A DNA stretch of 63,116 bases, counting the filler. It is 7 parts of 7 records of this genome, joined end to end, with 100 filler letters (N's around TTAATTAATTAA, not from the genome) between each part and the next. Parts side by side here need not be neighbours in the genome. Positions count along the whole stretch, not along the records: positions 8,273 to 14,466 come from SRR31156797_656; positions 14,567 to 20,992 come from SRR31156797_657; 5 more parts are not named here. The stretch is one strand, 5' to 3'. The notes beneath the pieces were generated by a model that was not told where the DNA came from, searched no databases, and saw only the letters and a list, made by a program, of their open reading frames with translations. The position numbers and the translations under genes were made by a program. Positions 8,515 through 18,005 of this stretch are shown here, in pieces; the first letter of the stretch is position 1; each line of letters begins with the position of its first letter.

Positions 8515-10986
8515 ATGGCAATAGACAAAATACAAGAGAAACTTCCCCTTTTGCTTACAAGGGTTGAGAAACCCGGTAGATATACCGGAAACGAGATCAA
8601 TGTAAGAAAAAAAGATTGGGACAATACGGATTGTAAGGTTTGTCTGGTATATCCGGATTCATATGAGGTCGGAATGCCCTTCATCGGGTATCAGATATTA
8701 TATCATATTTTAAATGAGCAGGAAGGCATTCTGGCAGAACGTGCTTTTTCTCCCTGGGTTGATATGGAAGCCCTGATGCGAGAACAAAAAGTGCCTATGT
8801 TCTCACTTGAAAGCAAACACGCGCTTTCTGATTTTGACCTTTTGGGTTTTACTCTCCAATACGAGATGACCTACAGCAACGTGCTGAATGTCATGGATCT
8901 TGGCGGGATCCCGGTAAAGAATAAAGATCGCGGTGATGACGACCCTATTACGATCGCGGGCGGGAGCTGTGCTTTTAATCCCGAACCACTGGCAGACTTT
9001 ATTGATCTATTCGTGATCGGAGACGCCGAAGAGCTGTCTGTTGAGATCGCGAAAATCATCAAAGAATACAAGTGCCGCGGTGCTTCAAGGCAAGAAATAC
9101 TTAATGCTTGTTCCATGCCGGAAAAGGGAGTATATGCCCCCGATTATTATCAATCGGATTTGGGTCCCGTAAAAGCAGCCAAGATAATCACCCTGGATTC
9201 TGATAATTATAGCACCAAGCCGATTGTCCCACTGTTAGAGGTAGCACAGGATCGCTTTGCCCTGGAGATCCAAAGGGGTTGCGGGTCCGGATGTCGCTTT
9301 TGTCATGCGGGTATTATTTACAGGCCGGTACGAGAGCGGGCACCATCTGACCTGATGAAGCAAACAGATGAGACGCTTCGCAATACGGGATATGAGGAAT
9401 TGTCATTGTTGAGTCTTTCAACATCTGATTACAGCCAGCTGGAAGATCTTGTTGATGGCATTGTTCCCACGTGCGAAGAGAACAATATTGCGATCTCATT
9501 TCCCTCAATGAGACTAGATTCATTTAATATGAAAATACTTGAAGCGGCAGGCGGGAGAAAACGCAGCGGGCTGACATTCGCACCCGAAGCAGGTTCGCAG
9601 AGATTGCGAAATGTTATTAATAAGAACATCAGCGAAGAAGACATTTTCTCATCCGTGGAGTTGGCGCTTGAGAATAATTTTAAAACACTGAAGTTCTACT
9701 TCATGCTTGGGTTGCCGACAGAAACAGATGAAGACCTGCAAGGAATTGTAGAACTTGTCAAAAAGATCTATGGCAGGGCAAGATCTTATGCACACACACA
9801 GATCAATGTAACACTGTCGAGTTTTATTCCCAAGGCACATACTCCATTCCAATGGGAAGAGCATGTTGCCCCGGAAGAACTGGAACGAAGGATCTACTTT
9901 GTTCGAAATCAATTAAAATTACCCGGTATTAAGATTATGCACCGGGATCCGCAATTTTCCATCTATGAAAGCATCATGTCCAGAGGCGACAGATCGGCCG
10001 GCGACATACTTTACTCAGCATGGAAAAAGGGCGCGCACTTTGATGCCTGGTCAGAACATTTCAATCAAGAGATCTGGGATGAGGCAATTAAGGAAAGCGG
10101 TAAAGACCCTCACGAAATGATAGGCATTAAAGACAGATACAAAGCATTGCCCTGGTCCTTTATTCACACCGGCGTAGAGGAAGATTTTCTGCGGGAGGAA
10201 ATGGAAAAAGCTGAAAAGGGTGAAACAACCCAGGATTGCCGGGTTCATTGCAGCACCTGCGGATTGTGCAATAAAACATTAAAGACCCTGGTTGCAGATA
10301 AGTCAGAGATCAAAAAACCGGATAAAAAAGAAATAATCAAAGATGACCATCCTACCGAATATTATACGCTCAGATTACAATTAGAGAAGAAAGGTATGAT
10401 GCGCTATATTTCGCACCATGATTTTCTGAGAGTGTTTTATAGGGTCAGTAATATTTTAAGATGGCCCTTGCGCTTTACACAGGGTTATAATCGTCGACCA
10501 AGGATCGCGGCCGGATATCCCATTCCCATGGGATATGATGCGGGGAATGAGACACTGGATATTTTGTTAAACGCAAATATCAAAACCCCAAAAGAGAGTT
10601 TAAATGCTGTTTTACCGGAAGGCATCAGGATAATTAATGCTGACATAAAGGAAGGAAAACGGTCTTCCATTATGGAGCACACGACAGAATTGTTCTATAC
10701 ATTCCATTTTCTTGAAGATATTGAATTTGAAAAAGTGAAGACGCATCTTACAGAGCTACTTTCAGCCGATGAAGTCTTGGTGCAAAGAATTCGAAAAAAA
10801 GGGACGAAAACAATAAACCTCAAACCCTTTATAGCATCATGGGATATTAATGAAAAAGAATTATCGGTTTGCTATAGAGTTATCAATTCACAAACGGGGA
10901 GACCGGATGAGTTTCTAAAACTGGCATTTGGTGAAAATAACCCCTATTTTATCGGCGAACGTAAGTACGCCAAAATTAAGGACTAA
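8515..10986 (+). CDS. B12-binding radical SAM protein (TIGR03960 family) fused to TIGR03936/DUF2344 domain
   Basis: VEKPGRYTGNE, YPDSYEVGM, QRGCGSGCRFC (CxxxCxxC), TFAPEAGS, CRVHCSTCGLC, then RYISHHD...FTQGYNRRP. Confidence 0.9.
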   Translation: MAIDKIQEKLPLLLTRVEKPGRYTGNEINVRKKDWDNTDCKVCLVYPDSYEVGMPFIGYQILYHILNEQEGILAERAFSPWVDMEALMREQKVPMFSLESKHALSDFDLLGFTLQYEMTYSNVLNVMDLGGIPVKNKDRGDDDPITIAGGSCAFNPEPLADFIDLFVIGDAEELSVEIAKIIKEYKCRGASRQEILNACSMPEKGVYAPDYYQSDLGPVKAAKIITLDSDNYSTKPIVPLLEVAQDRFALEIQRGCGSGCRFCHAGIIYRPVRERAPSDLMKQTDETLRNTGYEELSLLSLSTSDYSQLEDLVDGIVPTCEENNIAISFPSMRLDSFNMKILEAAGGRKRSGLTFAPEAGSQRLRNVINKNISEEDIFSSVELALENNFKTLKFYFMLGLPTETDEDLQGIVELVKKIYGRARSYAHTQINVTLSSFIPKAHTPFQWEEHVAPEELERRIYFVRNQLKLPGIKIMHRDPQFSIYESIMSRGDRSAGDILYSAWKKGAHFDAWSEHFNQEIWDEAIKESGKDPHEMIGIKDRYKALPWSFIHTGVEEDFLREEMEKAEKGETTQDCRVHCSTCGLCNKTLKTLVADKSEIKKPDKKEIIKDDHPTEYYTLRLQLEKKGMMRYISHHDFLRVFYRVSNILRWPLRFTQGYNRRPRIAAGYPIPMGYDAGNETLDILLNANIKTPKESLNAVLPEGIRIINADIKEGKRSSIMEHTTELFYTFHFLEDIEFEKVKTHLTELLSADEVLVQRIRKKGTKTINLKPFIASWDINEKELSVCYRVINSQTGRPDEFLKLAFGENNPYFIGERKYAKIKD

Positions 10987-10987
10987 A

Positions 10988-12475
10988 ATGAAAAGAAATA
11001 TATATATCAGTGAAACGCCCCTTGAATCCCGTATTGCTATCATGGAAGATAAGCAATTAGTGGAATTCTATATTGAAACACCGGAAGATGTTTCAACTGT
11101 TGGCAATGTTTATTTTGCCACAATTGAAAATGTTCAGCCCGGCATTCACGCGGCGTTCATGAATATAGGTGGAGAACAAAACGGATTTCTGGGTTTTTCG
11201 GAAATCAAAGATTATATCATTTTTGAAAATGGAAGCTTCAAGAAACGGGTCTTTAATGACGCAAAAGATCTAAAAAAGGGACAACGCATATTAGTACAGG
11301 TTGTAAAAGACGCCTACGCAAATAAGGGTCCCCGATTGACTACGGATATTGCAATACCCGGCCGCTTTGCCGTCTTGACACCCTATCATGATGTCATCGG
11401 GATTTCAAAAAAGATCAAGAATTACAAACACCGGGCAAAGCTCAAAGAAATTGCAAAGGCGATAAAGCCCAAAGGATTTGGAATTATTGTTCGCACTGTT
11501 GCTGACGGAAAAAAAGAAAAAGATATCAAGCAAGATATGAAACAGTTGCTGAGCTCATGGGACCAAGTTGTGTCATCAGTCAAAAGCAACAATAAACCCA
11601 TGATGGTGTATGAAAATGACAGTATGACATCCTCCGTGATACGCGATATGTTCACAAAAGATGTTGAGTCTGTCATTGTAGACAATAAAAGAAAATTTAG
11701 GGCAATACAAAATTACGTAAATGATGTATCCCCCGAATTAACAGAGAGAATATTTTTTCACAAAGACGGTTCGCTGTTCGGGGCTTATGGGATCACAGAA
11801 GAGACAGACAAACTTCTTAGGCGCAAAGTGTGGCTAAAGAGCGGTGGACACCTGATCATTGATCACACGGAAGCCATGTTCGTTATTGATGTTAATAGCG
11901 GCAGATACGTTGGAAATAAAGATCAGGAAAAAAATATCATCAAGGTCAACCTTGAAGCTGCTGTGGAGATAGCGCGCCAATTGAGATTGCGCGATATCAG
12001 CGGTTTGATCGTGATAGATTTTATTGATATGCAGATACCTGAGAATAAGAAAGCTTTGGTCAAAAAATTCAAAGAAGAGTTAGCTAAAGATCGTGCATCC
12101 GTCAGCGTTAGCGATCTTTCCCGTTACGGCCTTCTTGAAATGACGCGCGAGCGCATTAGAATATCTATCATGTTCTCACTTTCCGATGAATGTCCCATGT
12201 GCCACGGCTACGGACGTATTCCCAGTAAAGAAAGCATGATCACCAAGATAGACAGCTGGGTTCGCAATTTCAGACAGCATACTCGCGAAAGAAGAGTAGA
12301 ACTGCAAGTTCATCCATTGCTTTATGACTTTATTAAAGAGAATAAAAAAGTCCTTAGAAAAACTCAGTTCAAATATACGATCAAGATAGACATTGTTAAA
12401 AATGATGACCTGAGTGTCGGTTCATTTCGCTTTATAAGAAAGCGAGACAGGCAGGATGTAACGAATATGTATTAA
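10988..12475 (+). CDS. rng: Rne/Rng family ribonuclease (RNase G-like)
   Basis: S1 domain, KGPRLT, IDVNSG, LRDISGLIVIDFIDM, CPMC Zn-link; ATG 1 nt after the upstream stop. Confidence 0.93.
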   Translation: MKRNIYISETPLESRIAIMEDKQLVEFYIETPEDVSTVGNVYFATIENVQPGIHAAFMNIGGEQNGFLGFSEIKDYIIFENGSFKKRVFNDAKDLKKGQRILVQVVKDAYANKGPRLTTDIAIPGRFAVLTPYHDVIGISKKIKNYKHRAKLKEIAKAIKPKGFGIIVRTVADGKKEKDIKQDMKQLLSSWDQVVSSVKSNNKPMMVYENDSMTSSVIRDMFTKDVESVIVDNKRKFRAIQNYVNDVSPELTERIFFHKDGSLFGAYGITEETDKLLRRKVWLKSGGHLIIDHTEAMFVIDVNSGRYVGNKDQEKNIIKVNLEAAVEIARQLRLRDISGLIVIDFIDMQIPENKKALVKKFKEELAKDRASVSVSDLSRYGLLEMTRERIRISIMFSLSDECPMCHGYGRIPSKESMITKIDSWVRNFRQHTRERRVELQVHPLLYDFIKENKKVLRKTQFKYTIKIDIVKNDDLSVGSFRFIRKRDRQDVTNMY

Positions 12476-12477
12476 CT

Positions 12478-12509
12478 GTAGCCGGTGACCGGAAACCGGT
12501 TACCGGATA
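12478..12509. repeat. Short heptameric tandem repeat forming a GC-rich hairpin
   Basis: GTAGCCG-GTGACCG-GAAACCG-GTTACCG; also CCGGTGACCGG-AAA-CCGGTTACCGG inverted repeat. Confidence 0.6.
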
Positions 12510-12541
12510 TAATCAATAGAGAATTAGTTCAAATTAAAACT

Positions 12542-12569
12542 GTAGGGGCATATTTTAATACGCCCCTAC
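12542..12569. repeat. GTAG-type REP palindrome
   Basis: GTAGGGGC-ATATTTTAATAC-GCCCCTAC. Confidence 0.7.
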
Positions 12570-12598
12570 TCTCATTAAGTATGAAAAAAACATACAAT

Positions 12599-12628
12599 AA
12601 AAAAACGGGAGCTACTGCTCCCGTTTTT
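12599..12628. terminator. Bidirectional intrinsic terminator
   Basis: AAAAACGGGAGC-TACT-GCTCCCGTTTTT between convergent rng and ppiD-like genes. Confidence 0.85.
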
Positions 12629-12649
12629 ACTTTATGTCAAAAGTAGAAA

Positions 12650-14464
12650 TTAATTCAAGCCGAATGCTTCCCGGTTATCTTTAATATCAGCTTTATCTTT
12701 TAGGTTTTGGATCCAACTTTCATAGGCTACCTGCTGTTTTTCTTCAAGCAGGGCTTTCTGAAGTTCTTCGCGTTTTTCGGTATACAGTTCTTCATCAATA
12801 GCTGTGCGACCGGTAAGCTGAACAAATACAGAACCGTAGCGTCCGGTTGAGAACGGGGCTGAAACTGTATTGGTGTTCATGTCGCGTACGACATCAGCGA
12901 ACACGGGAGCAGAACCAAAAGGATAAGGTAATTCATCAAGGCTTGACGAGAAACTTGAATATTCAAGCGAGGGATTTGCTTCAGAGAGTTCAAGCAATGT
13001 TGCATTGCCCTTCATAAATTCATTATATGTTTCCTGAGCAAGGTCAGTGCTTTTTTCGAGTTTCATTTCCATAATAACTGCGCGCTCGACGGATGCTTTA
13101 ACATCTTCAAAAGGAACATAAGATTCATCAACAACATCGATAAGCTGTGCAACAACATAAGCATTTTCGTTTTCATACGCAGGACTCAGTTCACCCTTCT
13201 CAGAACGATAAGCCCATTTAGCAAGTGCCGGGAAATAACCAAGATTGCCAAAATACGGGAATTCTTTGCTGAAGCCACCCTGTAGGGTATCAAGCTCGGC
13301 TTCCACGTTTTCATATGCTTTGGCGAATCCGTAGCTTTCTACATCAAGTACAAAAGCCTCGGCTTCTGTTGCGTAATAATCATATGTATTAACAGGATCG
13401 ATTCGACGAACAAGCAATGAAATGCGAACTTCTTCTACACCTTTTTCAATGTGTTTATCTGTAACTTTGATCAGGTGAAACTCATCGCCAATGATAATTG
13501 GCTCAAGAACTTTGCCGGCTTTAGCGGCAAAAACAGATTCGCGGTATTCACGACGAAGGTCTTCTTTCGAAAACCAACCCATATCTCCACTACCGCCTTC
13601 ACCGAGATCTTCGGAAAAGATCTGTGCAAGATCATCAAATGATTCACCTTCTTCGTGACGAAGGGCAATGTCTTCCAGTTCATAAATAACATCAGCGGTG
13701 TCTTTGGATGAGGGTACTTTTAACCAATGAACGTAACGGATGTTACGGCTTTCATCTTTTTTGTAAAGCTCGTCTTTATTTGCTTCATAATAATCTTTCA
13801 GATCTTCTTCATATACGGCAAACATTGAGTCTGGAAGCATATGAACAGGCACAGAAAGGTAATTGGCGGAATAAATGACCGACTGATCTGCAAACTTTTG
13901 AAGGATCTCATTTTCGTCAACGACAACAGAAGACAAAATAATATCATTCAATTTTTGGTAAGGAATAACATTAGATCTTAGATGCTTTTCAACTTCCAGC
14001 CATTCGTTTCCTTGCGGATTGCGCAGAACGTTCAAGTATTTGCTGTAATCAAAAGCACCGTCAGTTAAAAATGCCTCCTGATTCATCAAGAATTCCGGTG
14101 GGTTGACTTCAAGATAGTGGTAAAGCTCCTCATCGGAAACTGTGATACCAAGTTTTTCGACTTCCTGTTTCCATAAGATCTGAGAGACAACGGTTTCCCA
14201 GGTTTGTTGAAGTATGGCTTCACTTGTTCTGGCATCAACCGTAATGCCGGCATTGCGATATTGTTCAAGCGACAGGTTATAAGCTTCGTAAAAGCTTTTG
14301 ATCGAGATCTTTTCATCGTTGACAACACCAACGACATCGCGATCTTTCATAAAGGTGTCAACACCTCCGGCGCCCCAGTTAAAAACAATAGTTATAACGA
14401 AAGCGGCGATTAGAATGATCATAATGATCCCCATCTTCTCGCGCATTTTATCCATGATTCCCAT
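12650..14464 (-). CDS. ppiD: PpiD/SurA-like membrane-anchored periplasmic chaperone / parvulin PPIase
   Basis: MGIMDKMR plus N-terminal TM, SurA-N region, rotamase signature GESFDDLAQIFSED...GDMGWF. Confidence 0.8.
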   Translation of the reverse strand: MGIMDKMREKMGIIMIILIAAFVITIVFNWGAGGVDTFMKDRDVVGVVNDEKISIKSFYEAYNLSLEQYRNAGITVDARTSEAILQQTWETVVSQILWKQEVEKLGITVSDEELYHYLEVNPPEFLMNQEAFLTDGAFDYSKYLNVLRNPQGNEWLEVEKHLRSNVIPYQKLNDIILSSVVVDENEILQKFADQSVIYSANYLSVPVHMLPDSMFAVYEEDLKDYYEANKDELYKKDESRNIRYVHWLKVPSSKDTADVIYELEDIALRHEEGESFDDLAQIFSEDLGEGGSGDMGWFSKEDLRREYRESVFAAKAGKVLEPIIIGDEFHLIKVTDKHIEKGVEEVRISLLVRRIDPVNTYDYYATEAEAFVLDVESYGFAKAYENVEAELDTLQGGFSKEFPYFGNLGYFPALAKWAYRSEKGELSPAYENENAYVVAQLIDVVDESYVPFEDVKASVERAVIMEMKLEKSTDLAQETYNEFMKGNATLLELSEANPSLEYSSFSSSLDELPYPFGSAPVFADVVRDMNTNTVSAPFSTGRYGSVFVQLTGRTAIDEELYTEKREELQKALLEEKQQVAYESWIQNLKDKADIKDNREAFGLN

Positions 14465-14466
14465 TT

Positions 14467-14566
14467 NNNNNNNNNNNNNNNNNNNNNNNNNNNNNNNNNN
14501 NNNNNNNNNNTTAATTAATTAANNNNNNNNNNNNNNNNNNNNNNNNNNNNNNNNNNNNNNNNNNNN
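14467..14566. other. Artificial contig spacer
   Basis: N44-TTAATTAATTAA-N44. Confidence 0.99.
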
Positions 14567-15583
14567 TTCATCCATGAAAGGATCAGAATATCTAAATTCA
14601 GAAGCGATATCAGCGTCTGCTTTGATCTTAGCGATCTTTTGTAATGCGAATTTACCTTGAAGTCCTGCATTATATGCTGTACCACAAGCTACTATATAGA
14701 TATTATTAATTCTTTTTAATTCATCAATATCAAGATTAATATCATCAAATAAAATTTCATTTTTATCATTAGTTCTTTTATTAATAGTTTCTCTGATTCC
14801 AGCCGGTTGTTCATTGATCTCTTTAAGCATAAAGTGAGGATATCCAGCTTTAGTTGCTTGTTCCATTGACCACTCAATAGTGTTAAGCTCTTTTTCTTTT
14901 TTGTTTTTTTCAATATCAAAGATTTCAACAGAATCTTTTTTGATTACACCGATTTCTCCATCTTCTAAGAAATATACGTTTTTAGTATATTTAAGTAGAG
15001 CAGGTACATCTGAAGCGATGAAATTTTCTCCTTCTCCAACTCCAACAACTAAAGGACTATCTTTTCTTGCACAAAACATAGTATCAGGGTATTTAGTATT
15101 TAAAATACCTAATGCATATGATCCGTCAATTTTGTTTAGTACAGTTTGAATTGTTTTGAAGAAATCATCCTCTTGATAAAGATCTAATAAATGTACAACA
15201 ACTTCTGTATCAGTGTCTGATTTAAATTCATATCCTTTTTCAATAAGTTCTTTTTTGATTTCAATATAGTTTTCGATTATTCCATTATGAACAATTGAAA
15301 TACTAGTATCTGCATTAGCATGTGGATGAGAGTTTTCATCTGATGGTTTACCGTGAGTAGCCCATCTAGTATGACCAATTGCAATATTACCTTCAATAGG
15401 TTCAACTTCAAGTAAATCAGCTAAAACTTGTAATCTACCTTGTTTCTTTTTAACAGTAAGAGATTCTCCTGTATTAACAGTAATTCCAGCTGAATCATAT
15501 CCTCTGTACTCTAATTTTTCTAACCCATCAATGATAACATTACTTGCTGTTCTATTTCCTACATAACCAACTATTCCGCACAT
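14567..15583 (-). CDS. glmS: Glutamine-fructose-6-phosphate aminotransferase (partial, 3' truncated)
   Basis: MCGIVGY start after GAGGAGG RBS; LEYRGYDSAG, GHTRWATHG, HNGIIEN, ACGTAY. Confidence 0.97.
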
Positions 15584-15750
15584 ATTGCGCCTCCTCGAAT
15601 TTTGACAAATAAAAAGCATAAAAAAATAGTGATAAAATTTCAAAAATGAAAAATATCACTAATCATTTGAAAAATTTTTATCTGCCTTATTTTTTGCAAA
15701 GTAAAAAGAAGGGGATAAAAATCCTCTAAATATCCTAAGAAAACGTTACG

Positions 15751-15893
15751 GAAATATATTTTGTCTCACAAGTTACCTCATGGTTTTGTAATATTTCTAA
15801 GGCTGTAACCACCTTCGGAGCATCCGCCGAATTTTCGATAACTCCGTTCCTCGTCAGTTAAAGTGATTTACTCACTGAAACTCTGGCGCTTTA
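15751..15893 (-). ncRNA. glmS ribozyme/riboswitch
   Basis: Minus strand AAAGCGCCAG...ACTGACGAGGAACGGAGTTATCGAAAATTCGGCGGATGCTCCG...ACAAAA...GGTAAC...GACAAAA upstream of glmS; predicted cleavage A^GCGCC between 15890 and 15889. Confidence 0.92.
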
Positions 15894-16008
15894 TTTTTAA
15901 TTTTTATTTTCTTAATTTTTTGGGATATCTTTTACTTTACCGTATAATACATATATAGAGTTTCGTTAAATAGCCGAAAAAATTAAGCTATTTCGAACTC
16001 CACGCATG

Positions 16009-16038
16009 ATTGTATCATTATAACAGAAATTATGTCAA
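16009..16038 (-). promoter_or_regulatory. sigma70-type promoter for the glmS leader
   Basis: TTGACA-N18-TACAAT with a TGn extension. Confidence 0.65.
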
Positions 16039-16107
16039 GTTTCACAGATAATTATTTTCTAAAAAAAATGAAATAAATTGTATCGGAAAAAATGAAAAGA
16101 TTGAGTG

Positions 16108-16136
16108 TTGTTTGGAAAATACCTAAATAGTACAAT
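16108..16136 (+). promoter_or_regulatory. Putative sigma70 promoter for the PTS operon
   Basis: TTGTTT-N17-TACAAT, followed by AGGAGG RBS. Confidence 0.45.
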
Positions 16137-16157
16137 ATATAAACAGGAGGAACGTAG

Positions 16158-18005
16158 ATGAGCGTAAAAATGAAGAGTGTTCTTAGGAAAACTGCAGATT
16201 TTATTAGTAAGGTAGTTATTGAGAATATACCTCTTTTTATGATGATGGGCTTTATTAGTCTATTTAAACTGGATGAATTCTCAAAAATTCTTCATGATAT
16301 TTTAATGCCTGTGTTACTTGCTTATACAGCTGGTAAACAATTTGAAAAAAAATATGGTGGAATAAGCTCAGTTATTATAATGGCAGCTTTCTTATCCAAA
16401 TATGAAGTAATGACTCTTTTAGAACCGATAATGTTAGGAGCAATATCAGGTTTGATAATAAGAGAGTATAGAAGATTTATAAAAAAATATGAGCAACTTG
16501 GTTATGAGATGCTCATTAACAACTCGGGAATAGTGCTCATTTGTACTCTTTCATTATTTCTAATTTATGCTTTTATGCCTATGTATATAAAATTGCAAAC
16601 TCTATTTACAGAAAAAGTTGTAGGAGAGTTATTGAATGTAGTATATATTCCTCTTTATGCTTTAATTATAGAACCGGCAAAAGTGCTATTTTTGAATAAT
16701 TTAATAAATCATGGAATATTTTCGGTACTTGGAATGTCTGAGTTTGCAAGTAAAGGAAAATCAATATTTTTCCTTTTGGAGACAAACCCGGGACCAGGTT
16801 TAGGTCTATTATTAGCTTATTATATTTATGAGGAAAAAAATAAAGATACTTTATCTAATATTTTTATACATTTTATTGGTGGAATTCACGAAGTTTATTT
16901 TCCCTATGTTTTAAGAAATATATATATGATAATTCCCTTAATTTTAGGCGGAATGACCGGAATAGTTGTATTTTACTCTTTTAATCTTGGATTGACAGGA
17001 ATTGCTTCTCCGGGAAGTATAATTTTGATTTTATTATTAGCACCATTAAAGGATAAGTTGCTTGTATTGATAGCTGTTATGTTTTCGGCACTAATCACTC
17101 TTTTTTCTTCAATGTTTTTATTGAAAACAAAAGAGAAGCATATAAAAAAATCAAGATTGGAAGAGCAGGTAGAGAGAAAAATAGAAGTTATTAATAGTGA
17201 AGTTAAAGAGAGTGTAAAAGAAAGTGTAGAAGAAGAGGTAGAAGTGAAAAAAATAAATGACGAGATAAATAAAATATGTGTTGTTTGCGATGCCGGAATG
17301 GGCTCAAGTGCAATGGGAGCTACTTTTTTAAGAAGAAAACTGGAAAAAGCAGGATTAAAAAAAATAAAAGTATTAAATCTGTCTGTAGATAATCAAGAGG
17401 TTGAAACGGCGGATATTATTATTATACATAAGCAACTGTTAGATAGAATACAAAACAGAACTGAAGGAATAAAAAAAGTATTGGTAGATGATTTCTTAAA
17501 TTCTAAACCGTACGATGAGTTAGTAGCAGAATTAAAAATTAAATTCAATATTAAAGATGAAAAAATAGATGTTCTCAAAAAAGAGAATATTAAACTTAAT
17601 TTAACTAAAGTAAATAAAGAAGAAGCCCTGATTAATTTAGGACTCGATCTATATAAAAGTAAATATGTAGAAAAAAATTATGTTGAAAGCATATTAAAGC
17701 GAGAAGAAAAATCAACAACATATTTAGGAAATGGTATAGCAATTCCTCACGGAACATCCAGAGGGAAAAAATATATAAATCATACTGGAATAGTTCTGCA
17801 TCAATACCCTTATGGAATTGAATTTGGAGAGAATAATACAGTATATGTATTGATAGGTATAGCGGCAGTTGGAGATGAACACAATAATATTATAGCCGAA
17901 TTAGCTGATATTATAGAGGATGAAAGTTTAGCTGAATCACTTGCTATGGCACTAGATGTAGATGAAGTTTGCCGTATACTGAGTTTGGAGGAATCAAAAT
18001 GTTAA
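16158..18005 (+). CDS. mtlA: PTS mannitol-family EIICBA
   Basis: EPAKVLFLNNLINHG, ETNPGPG, GGIHEVYFPY (EIIC); CDAGMGSS (EIIB); GIAIPHG (EIIA); substrate not certain. Confidence 0.8.
   Translation: MSVKMKSVLRKTADFISKVVIENIPLFMMMGFISLFKLDEFSKILHDILMPVLLAYTAGKQFEKKYGGISSVIIMAAFLSKYEVMTLLEPIMLGAISGLIIREYRRFIKKYEQLGYEMLINNSGIVLICTLSLFLIYAFMPMYIKLQTLFTEKVVGELLNVVYIPLYALIIEPAKVLFLNNLINHGIFSVLGMSEFASKGKSIFFLLETNPGPGLGLLLAYYIYEEKNKDTLSNIFIHFIGGIHEVYFPYVLRNIYMIIPLILGGMTGIVVFYSFNLGLTGIASPGSIILILLLAPLKDKLLVLIAVMFSALITLFSSMFLLKTKEKHIKKSRLEEQVERKIEVINSEVKESVKESVEEEVEVKKINDEINKICVVCDAGMGSSAMGATFLRRKLEKAGLKKIKVLNLSVDNQEVETADIIIIHKQLLDRIQNRTEGIKKVLVDDFLNSKPYDELVAELKIKFNIKDEKIDVLKKENIKLNLTKVNKEEALINLGLDLYKSKYVEKNYVESILKREEKSTTYLGNGIAIPHGTSRGKKYINHTGIVLHQYPYGIEFGENNTVYVLIGIAAVGDEHNNIIAELADIIEDESLAESLAMALDVDEVCRILSLEESKC

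Noticed and set aside
8221-8684. ORFs 8221-8535 and 8490-8684
   Set aside because: They overlap tRNA-Ser/spacer and the antisense of the radical SAM gene; no protein features
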